NCBI GenBank assembly: GCA_048939465.1
Contig: JBHLPL010000078.1
Coordinates: 1-9,187 of the forward strand
Direction of reading: 5' to 3'
Source: Promethearchaeota archaeon
GTDB lineage: Archaea > Asgardarchaeota > Odinarchaeia > Odinarchaeales > JBHLKK01
Length of the DNA stretch: 9,187 nt
Shown: piece after piece, positions 1 to 5,948 of the stretch
Layout of the letters: each line of letters begins with the position of its first letter
Numbering within the stretch: the first letter of the stretch is position 1
Notes under the pieces: model-generated
What the model saw: the letters and a program-made list of their open reading frames with translations, nothing else
The model's database searches: none
Told to the model about the DNA's origin: nothing
Position numbers and translations under genes: made by a program

Positions 1-1
1 G

Positions 2-1024
2 ATTGCCCCCAGCTGGCACTTTATCCTGATTGGAGCTGCAATACAGAACTTGGTTCTGCTCTATCAACCTGCGTTGCTTGCTATGATGGCAGATTCGGTA
101 CCACCTGAAAAAAGGGGGACGGGCTTCTCAGTATGGAATCTAATTACAAGTGTTGCTACAACTCCTGCTCCGATTGTGGCTCTTGTGTTAGTAGGCACTT
201 TTGGATCCTTAATTGGGATGAGAATAGCGTACTCTATCGTCACATTATTCTATACAATAGCAGCAATTGTCCGAATGAAACTAACAGAGAGCATGGAAAA
301 CGTGGAAAGGATCAGTTTCAGAGAAACAATTCGTTCATATCCCAAGGCTATGAAGGAAGGAATAAGAGTATGGGGGGTTGTACCCCATTCCACAGTCTTC
401 CTATTGATCGCTTCAGTCATATTTCGGTTCGCGTTCTCTATGACAGGGGCGCTCCTTTTGGTCTACGCTTTCTACGAACTCCAGATTGGGGGTGCGCCAA
501 ACCCAGCACTAAGCCCGGAGAATGATCCTGCGCTTCAGTTCGCTCGCGTGCAGTGGGGTTACATTTCGATTGTCTTGTTTTTGAGCATGATAATTCTATC
601 TCTGCCAATTGGGAAACTCATAGACAGAATCGGCAGAAAGAAGCCGCTAATCGTATCTGGTCTTACCGTAATTCCCTCGGTCTTACTCTTTGTCTACGGC
701 AACTATCCTATTGTCTTCAATAATGTAATGATACATCTCTCAATAGCTGTAATCCTTTTTGGCTTCATGCAACTCCTCGGCTTTGCAGCCTCCCAAGCAT
801 GGTTTGCCGACCTTGTTCCAAAAGAGCAGCGGGGGAAAGTGATGGGGTCGATGAACTTCTTCAGCTACATATTCATGGCCATTGGAGGGCTGTTTGGTGG
901 ATTGCTTTACGGTCTCGTATCTCCACAGCTTCCGTTTCTTCTTATGCCAATCTTCATTGTACCCGCGATTCTATTAGTCGCTTTCAGAGTTCATGAGCCT
1001 GAAAAGGAGCAGAGAGAGGCTTAA
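2..1024 (+). CDS. MFS transporter, 5'-truncated by the window edge (paralog 1; covers the end of TM3 through TM12)
   Basis: The frame is open from base 2 (IAPSWHFILIGAAIQNLVLLYQPA...), so the TTG at 50 in the ORF track is not the real start. It has hydrophobic helices and MFS motif A in the C-domain (GKLIDRIGRKKP). It aligns without gaps to 1196..2608 (about 212/340 identical by hand count). Stop is TAA at 1022-1024. Confidence 0.93.
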   Translation: MAPSWHFILIGAAIQNLVLLYQPALLAMMADSVPPEKRGTGFSVWNLITSVATTPAPIVALVLVGTFGSLIGMRIAYSIVTLFYTIAAIVRMKLTESMENVERISFRETIRSYPKAMKEGIRVWGVVPHSTVFLLIASVIFRFAFSMTGALLLVYAFYELQIGGAPNPALSPENDPALQFARVQWGYISIVLFLSMIILSLPIGKLIDRIGRKKPLIVSGLTVIPSVLLFVYGNYPIVFNNVMIHLSIAVILFGFMQLLGFAASQAWFADLVPKEQRGKVMGSMNFFSYIFMAIGGLFGGLLYGLVSPQLPFLLMPIFIVPAILLVAFRVHEPEKEQREA

Positions 1025-1070
1025 TTAATTTGCGAACAATAATTTAGGATTCTTGAGGCCAGAGCTTCTC

Positions 1071-1088
1071 TTAGAACATATGTTCTAA
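1071..1088. promoter_or_regulatory. Perfect 18-bp palindrome TTAGAACATATGTTCTAA, candidate transcription-factor operator
   Basis: The sequence equals its own reverse complement. It is intergenic, about 50 bp upstream of the TATA-like box of MFS paralog 2. Function is inferred. Confidence 0.6.
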
Positions 1089-1129
1089 CATCATTCGCTA
1101 CTGATGATTTTCCCGGTCAAGAGCTCTCT

Positions 1130-1145
1130 AAGGAAGCTTTAAATA
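1130..1145 (+). promoter_or_regulatory. Putative archaeal BRE + TATA promoter for MFS paralog 2
   Basis: Purine-rich AAGGAAG (1130-1136) directly precedes TTTAAATA (1138-1145), about 50 bp upstream of the TTG start at 1196. Confidence 0.55.
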
Positions 1146-1195
1146 TCGAAGGAGGCATAGGAGAGGAATATTCTCGGATCAAGGACGGACTGAGA

Positions 1196-2608
1196 TTGGG
1201 GGAAGGAGACCTTAAGGACGAAGATGAAACGCTAGAAGAAGCGGAGAAACCACCAGAATCAGAAGGACCAAAAAGGAAGATATCAACTCTTTCCCTATTC
1301 ACGGGGAACTACCTTGTATTGATTGTAAGCTGGATTCTTATAGATTTTGCAGGAGAACTTCCTGGCACGTACTACTCAGACTATGTCGTTACCCTCAGCG
1401 GGGGGAATCCCAATGTCGGGTCTTTCGTTTTAGGCGTAATCATGATGGTTTCCATGCTTTGCATAGCTTCTGTTCAGTTCCTGGGGGGGTACATGGCAGA
1501 CAGATACGGAAGGCGGAAGCTTATAGTCGTGATGACATTCGGTGTGGCGTTCTCCTATATATTCTACGCAATTGCTCCTAATTGGCACTTCATCCTGATT
1601 GGGTCAGCGATACAAAGCCTGGCCCTGGTATATCAGCCAGCTTTGATGGCCATACTGACAGATTCTATACCTGCTGAGAAAAGAGGTACAGGATTTACAA
1701 TATGGAATGTGATTACACGCGTTGCCACGACCCCTGCCCCTGTGGTGGCAGTTCTGTTGGTTACAACCTTCGGATCCGTATTGGGTATGAGGATAGCCTA
1801 TGCTATTGTTACTTTGCTCTTTCTATCCGCAGCAATCTGGCGATTCAGACTTAAAGAGAGTATGGAAAAAGTAGATAAGTTCGCCTTCAGAGAAGCATTG
1901 GGATCCTATCCCAGAGCCTTCAGAGAAGGGATAGGAGTCTGGAAGAAGGTTCCCAGATCAGCGATCTTCCTACTCGCTTCATCAATGTTTCTGTTCTTTT
2001 CATTCTCCATGATAGGGACGCTTTTCTTGGTGTATGCCTTTTATCAACTCCAAATAGGGGGAACACCGAACCTTATGCTTCCCCCCGAAGAAGATCCTGC
2101 CTTACAGCTTGCGCGTATTAGATGGGGTTATGTCCAGATTGCATTGTTTCTGACCATGGTAATCATGTCATTCCCAATTGGGAAACTAATCGACAAAATA
2201 GGCAGGAAGAGACCGCTGATCTTTTCTTGGCTCTTATCTATTCCAGCAACTCTCATCTTCGTCTTTGGTTACTACCCGATAATCTCTACTGACCCTTTGG
2301 TCCATGTTATCATAGCCATGATTCTTATCGGGATTTCACAGCTTTTGGGTTTTGCGGCATCTCAAGCCCTGTTTGCAGACCTCATTCCCCAAGAATTCCG
2401 TGGAAAGGCTGTCGGTACACAGCAATTCTTTGGCTATCTAATCATGGCAGTTGGTGGACTACTTGGTGGACTGTCCTACGGTATTATAGATCCGAGATTC
2501 CCATTTCTCCTGATGACAGTCCTTGTTATTCCAGCAATTCTGCTAGTTGTTTTCGGTGTCAAAGAGCCAAAAACCGAAGAAAGAGAAGCACAGGTTGCTG
2601 GGGAATGA
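1196..2608 (+). CDS. MFS transporter (paralog 2), 12 predicted TM helices, 470 aa
   Basis: Motif A occurs in both halves (GGYMADRYGRRK; GKLIDKIGRKRP). I count 12 hydrophobic segments by eye. TM1 carries acidic residues (IDFAGELP) and the N-tail is acidic. The TTG start is uncertain because there is no in-frame ATG nearby. Substrate is unknown. Confidence 0.93.
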   Translation: MGEGDLKDEDETLEEAEKPPESEGPKRKISTLSLFTGNYLVLIVSWILIDFAGELPGTYYSDYVVTLSGGNPNVGSFVLGVIMMVSMLCIASVQFLGGYMADRYGRRKLIVVMTFGVAFSYIFYAIAPNWHFILIGSAIQSLALVYQPALMAILTDSIPAEKRGTGFTIWNVITRVATTPAPVVAVLLVTTFGSVLGMRIAYAIVTLLFLSAAIWRFRLKESMEKVDKFAFREALGSYPRAFREGIGVWKKVPRSAIFLLASSMFLFFSFSMIGTLFLVYAFYQLQIGGTPNLMLPPEEDPALQLARIRWGYVQIALFLTMVIMSFPIGKLIDKIGRKRPLIFSWLLSIPATLIFVFGYYPIISTDPLVHVIIAMILIGISQLLGFAASQALFADLIPQEFRGKAVGTQQFFGYLIMAVGGLLGGLSYGIIDPRFPFLLMTVLVIPAILLVVFGVKEPKTEEREAQVAGE

Positions 2609-2631
2609 ACGATTTTAGGAAGTATCGTTTT
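2608..2631 (+). terminator. Weak hairpin plus short T-run after MFS paralog 2
   Basis: AACGAT (2608-2613) pairs with ATCGTT (2624-2629) around a 10-nt loop, with TTTT at 2628-2631. The stem is short and AT-rich and may be chance. Confidence 0.2.
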
Positions 2632-2715
2632 AGAATGTCAGCTTCAAGAGCTAGATTTCAGAATATTGGTACCACACAACACGAAGCAAAGGAATTCAGC
2701 ATAGGGCAGTTGCTA

Positions 2716-2722
2716 GGAGGAG
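2716..2722 (+). promoter_or_regulatory. Shine-Dalgarno site for the CoA-transferase gene
   Basis: GGAGGAG lies 6 nt upstream of ATG 2729. Confidence 0.75.
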
Positions 2723-2728
2723 AATAGA

Positions 2729-3904
2729 ATGGATATTCTAGGAGGAATTAGAGTCCTGGATTTAACTCGATTGCTAATCGGAGACTATTGCACAATGTTG
2801 CTTGGTGATATGGGAGCCGAAATCATCAAGATCGAAGAGCCGAAATCAGGAGACTACATAAGGTGGGCTCCTCCGTTCATAAATGAGCAAAGCGTTCTTC
2901 ATCTTCTGCTAAACAGAAATAAAAAAAGTGTCAAGCTCAACTTGAAATCAGAGAAGGGGAAAGAAGTCTTCAATAAGCTTGTGAAGAGATCGGATCTAAT
3001 AGTCGAGAATTTTAGACCGGGTATTGTTGAAAAACTTGGTATCGATTACAACTCCGTTAATAAGATAAATCAACAGATAATCTATTGTTCAATCTCCAGC
3101 TACGGCCAAGGGGGCCCCTACAGGGATTTTCCCGGTCACGACATAAACTACCTGGGATATGCTGGCATTCTTGGTATAACAGGAATACGTGGTGGTCCTC
3201 CGGTCATACCGGGTGTCCAGATGGCGGACCTACCTACAAGCCTCATGGCAGCCCTTGCTATGATTTCCGCCCTCTATGTGAGGGGGAAAAAAGGCAGAGG
3301 ACAGTACATAGACGTCTCAGCTCTGGATGTGACGACTTCTCTCATGACTGTGCCCGCTGCCTCTTATATTGGCGAAGGAAAGGCCCCAGAACGTGGTGCT
3401 TGGCTTCTAAACGGAGGTCTTCCGTGCTATAACATCTACGAAACGAAGGACAAGAAGTATATTACAGTGGGCTGCATAGAGGAGAAATTCTGGGCCGGCT
3501 TCTGCAGGACCTTGGATCTCGATGATTTCATTCCTTTTCAGTATACAAGGGATGAAGAGAAGCTTAGCGAGATGTTTCAAGCCATCAGAGGAATCATCAG
3601 CACGAAAACTCAAAGAGATTGGCTGAGGTTGTTTAACGATAGAAGTCTGCCTTGCGGACCAGTTCATGATTTTGATGAGGTGTTCAGGGATCCCCAAATA
3701 TCGCATAGAAAGGTAATAGTGGAGACCGAATATCCAGGAGTAGGAAGGGTCAAGCAATTCAGTGCGCCTGTAAAGTTCTCTGAATCTTCGTGCGGGATTA
3801 GGGAACCGCCACCTTCCTTTGGAGAACACACAGAGAGTATTTTAGCATGGCTCGGGTATTCTGAAAAAGAAATAGTGGAAATGAAACAGAATGGCATATT
3901 CTAA
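2729..3904 (+). CDS. CaiB/BaiF family III CoA-transferase, alpha-methylacyl-CoA racemase-like subgroup, 391 aa
   Basis: Family signatures are GIRVLDLTR, LGDMGAEIIKIEEP, NRNKKSVKLNL, VENFRPG, catalytic Asp in QMAD (D167) and the C-terminal PPSFGEHT. It also has GHDINY (H137) and YNIYETKD..VGCIE, which are typical of AMACR/Mcr-like members. The SD site is strong. Confidence 0.92.
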   Translation: MDILGGIRVLDLTRLLIGDYCTMLLGDMGAEIIKIEEPKSGDYIRWAPPFINEQSVLHLLLNRNKKSVKLNLKSEKGKEVFNKLVKRSDLIVENFRPGIVEKLGIDYNSVNKINQQIIYCSISSYGQGGPYRDFPGHDINYLGYAGILGITGIRGGPPVIPGVQMADLPTSLMAALAMISALYVRGKKGRGQYIDVSALDVTTSLMTVPAASYIGEGKAPERGAWLLNGGLPCYNIYETKDKKYITVGCIEEKFWAGFCRTLDLDDFIPFQYTRDEEKLSEMFQAIRGIISTKTQRDWLRLFNDRSLPCGPVHDFDEVFRDPQISHRKVIVETEYPGVGRVKQFSAPVKFSESSCGIREPPPSFGEHTESILAWLGYSEKEIVEMKQNGIF

Positions 3905-4060
3905 GGCCTGATAGAAGCTCAGGATCATGCCTCCTTACCCTGTCATCAAAACTCAGCGTAATTCGTCTCTGCCCTCTCCAATGGGGTCTTCTTGCAAGCA
4001 GTAGATAAAAGATTTGGCGTCATGAACCTACTGCACGCTACGAATCTATCTTGAGCATCC

Positions 4061-4075
4061 AAAAAACTCTTAAAG
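4061..4075 (+). promoter_or_regulatory. Possible BRE + TATA-like promoter for the DUF362 gene
   Basis: An A6 run (4061-4066) is followed by CTTAAAG (4069-4075), about 80 bp upstream of ATG 4152. The match to the TTTAWA consensus is imperfect. Confidence 0.3.
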
Positions 4076-4100
4076 TTGTCCAGTTAAGGAATGATATCTA

Positions 4101-4122
4101 GGAGTATTCCAGAAGATACTCC
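4101..4122. promoter_or_regulatory. Inverted repeat GGAGTAT-N8-ATACTCC (operator or 5'-UTR hairpin)
   Basis: The 7-bp arms at 4101-4107 and 4116-4122 are perfect and lie between the putative TATA and the SD (GAAGGTG 4139-4145). Confidence 0.4.
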
Positions 4123-4151
4123 ATCCGAGTAAGATTCAGAAGGTGCTTAAG

Positions 4152-5354
4152 ATGAGTCGGAAGAAACCGACAGTGTACTTTGGCTCTATACAGCATGGAA
4201 AGGCCCATGCATCTGCATCGTTTGCAAAAAAGCTCGATAAGATTATCGAGCTACTAGATTTCTCAACCATAAAAGAGAAAGACAAAGTTGCGATCAAGAT
4301 GCATCTTGGCTTTGCAGATGGCTTTCAGACTGTTCCTGTATTCTTTGTGAGACGAATTGTCAAAGCGGTCAAAAAGGCGGGCGGCTGGCCCTTTGTCACA
4401 GATAACCCCACGGCAGTTTATAATGCCGTAAATCGAGGATATACACAAGAGACTTGCGGCTGTCCCATAATTCCAGTTGCAGGAGTCAAGGACGGATACA
4501 CCTATGAAACCGAGGTGGACTATGAGGGTGTCGATAAGCTGGATATGGCCGGCGTCCTACACGATGCCGATGTTCTGATTAATCTAACCCATTCAAAAGG
4601 TCACGGAGTGTGCGGTTATGGAGGTGCCATCAAGAACCTTGCACTGGGTGGTTATTCGGGTCCGACCAGGTGGGAAAAAATTCATGGAGTCCATGAATAT
4701 ACCTCCTATTGGGATCGGGAGAAAAGCACGCCAGAACATGCGAAAAAGCTTGTTGAATCGTGTTCTTATAATGCCCTGAAGTATGATGAAGAGAAGGACA
4801 AACTATCGTTGAATCTACATAACTGCAATCAATGCCTGGAATGCATGAAGGCCGATAAGGGAATTGGTTCCCTTCAAATAAAGCAGGAAAGCTTCACAGC
4901 ATTTCAAGAACTTGAGGCCATCGCTGCGAAGAAGGTACTTGATACATTTGAGAACGATAAGAAGTTTCATCTAAACTTCTTACTTGAGGTGACAGCATTC
5001 TGTGACTGCTTGGGTTCAGTCCAGCCTGTCATAGTTAACGATATTGGTGTTCTAGGCAGCCGAGACATTGTCGCAGTGGACACGGCAACCCTGGATCTTA
5101 TTGCCAAGGAGGGGCTGATTGAGAAGAATATACCGCCATTCTTCAAACACATCAATCTCGATCCTGGCGCGGAACTTCATCCTTTCCAGAGAATTCATGG
5201 TCCATTCAAGGACCCGTACATAGTCATGAATTTTGCAGAGAATCTCGGCATCGGTTCCAGGAAGTACAAGCTCGCTGAAGTCTTGTCCCCGAAAGAAACG
5301 GTGGATATGAAACCCCCGAAACAGGAGTTTGAGCGAGAGGCGTCTTTCTTTTAG
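4152..5354 (+). CDS. DUF362 domain Fe-S protein with an inserted ferredoxin-like domain, about 400 aa
   Basis: Family-like motifs are KVAIKMHLG, PFVTD, LTHSKGH..GYGGAIKNLALG, FCDC and DIGVLGSRDIVAVDTATLDL, plus CNQCLEC. I prefer ATG 4152 over GTG 4143 because GAAGGTG (4139-4145) lies 6 nt upstream of it and the resulting N-terminus (MSRKKPTVYF) fits the family. Confidence 0.85.
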   Translation: MSRKKPTVYFGSIQHGKAHASASFAKKLDKIIELLDFSTIKEKDKVAIKMHLGFADGFQTVPVFFVRRIVKAVKKAGGWPFVTDNPTAVYNAVNRGYTQETCGCPIIPVAGVKDGYTYETEVDYEGVDKLDMAGVLHDADVLINLTHSKGHGVCGYGGAIKNLALGGYSGPTRWEKIHGVHEYTSYWDREKSTPEHAKKLVESCSYNALKYDEEKDKLSLNLHNCNQCLECMKADKGIGSLQIKQESFTAFQELEAIAAKKVLDTFENDKKFHLNFLLEVTAFCDCLGSVQPVIVNDIGVLGSRDIVAVDTATLDLIAKEGLIEKNIPPFFKHINLDPGAELHPFQRIHGPFKDPYIVMNFAENLGIGSRKYKLAEVLSPKETVDMKPPKQEFEREASFF

Positions 5355-5370
5355 GGCCCGAGCGCTTTTT
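5344..5370 (+). terminator. T-rich tracts at the convergent junction of the DUF362 and Nudix genes (possible oligo-T terminator)
   Basis: TTTCTTTT at the end of the DUF362 gene and TTTTT at 5366-5370 fall in or beside a 23-bp gap between convergent stops. Oligo-T termination is established in archaea, but this site is unverified. Confidence 0.3.
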
Positions 5371-5377
5371 GCAGATA

Positions 5378-5815
5378 TTAAATCAATATACCTCTTTTCG
5401 TTGCAACTTCGATGAAGTATTCCAGGACTCTTGTTGTTGAAAAACTACTGATTTCTTCGGATCTGAACCATCCAGCATCTTCGGCATCCGAGGATGCTTT
5501 CAATTTCCCCTCCCTAGGACGGGCGAGGTAGCCAATGACGATATAATGGTATATAATCCTCCCATCTTTGCCCTTGCGTATTCGATCTATTATTGACAGC
5601 AGATCATCTATCTCTACTCTAAGACCAGTCTCTTCCTCAACTTCTCTCACAAGAGCATTTTCGATCTTTTCGCCCAAGTTAATCAATCCTCCGGGTAAGG
5701 ACCAAAGGCCTTTCCCCGGATCATACTTCCTTTTCACCAGAAGAATCCTTCCTTGGTCTAGAACCAAAGCCGCTACACCGACCAAGGGAAAAGCAGGATA
5801 CTTTCTGTTTGTCAT
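5378..5815 (-). CDS. Nudix hydrolase (ADP-ribose pyrophosphatase/YjhB-like), about 145 aa
   Basis: The Nudix box G-x5-E-x7-REUxEExGU is complete (GLINLGEKIENALVREVEEETGL), with a YPAFPLVGV N-terminus and PGKGLWSLPGG. I prefer ATG at 5815 over GTG 5827 because AGGTGA (5829-5824, minus strand) sits 8 nt upstream of it. Substrate cannot be assigned. Confidence 0.92.
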   Translation of the reverse strand: MTNRKYPAFPLVGVAALVLDQGRILLVKRKYDPGKGLWSLPGGLINLGEKIENALVREVEEETGLRVEIDDLLSIIDRIRKGKDGRIIYHYIVIGYLARPREGKLKASSDAEDAGWFRSEEISSFSTTRVLEYFIEVATKRGILI

Positions 5816-5948
5816 TGCTGCCCTCACCTAATAATCGGAGAACCTTTAGCAGCCTATTAGGAAAATGACTATTAATGTCACATGTTTTAATCTACGAAAC
5901 TAATATCAGCTACGTGGTAAATAAGATTGATTGGTGGAGACAGCTTCA

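Noticed and set aside
133-996. ORFs 133..525 (+) and 799..996 (+)
   Set aside because: They are alternate frames inside MFS paralog 1 with no recognisable motif. The Cys-rich look of 133..525 comes from reading hydrophobic codons out of frame.
1102-1193. TGATGA (1102-1107) ... CTGA (1190-1193) as a C/D box sRNA
   Set aside because: The span of about 90 nt is too long for typical archaeal C/D RNAs, it has no internal D'/C' boxes, and it overlaps the promoter-like signals.
1117-1302. Ser-rich ORF 1117..1302 (-)
   Set aside because: It is the antisense shadow of the GAA/GAG-rich acidic N-tail and purine-rich leader of MFS paralog 2.
3085-3897. ORFs 3085..3432 (+), 3407..3829 (-) and 3664..3897 (-)
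   Set aside because: All lie fully inside the well-supported CoA-transferase gene and have no motifs or SD support.
3844-3930. 28-codon minus-strand ORF (MILSFYQALEY...) preceded by TAAGGAGG
   Set aside because: The SD is only 1 nt from the ATG, and the ORF runs antisense into the CoA-transferase 3' end.
1149-3936. 10-bp inverted match AAGGAGGCAT (1149-1158) / ATGCCTCCTT (3927-3936) flanking two genes, considered as element ends or a long-range RNA pairing
   Set aside because: About one such 10-mer pair is expected among the intergenic bases by chance. The match does not extend, and there is no transposase or target-site duplication.
4263-5155. ORFs 4263..4448 (-) and 4967..5155 (-)
   Set aside because: They are short antisense ORFs within the DUF362 gene.
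5352-5380. TAG stop of the DUF362 gene as a possible pyrrolysine read-through
   Set aside because: Read-through would add only a few residues before TAA 5378-5380, and there are no pyl genes in the window.
5568-5831. ORF 5568..5831 (+)
   Set aside because: It is antisense to the Nudix gene, which has a complete Nudix box.
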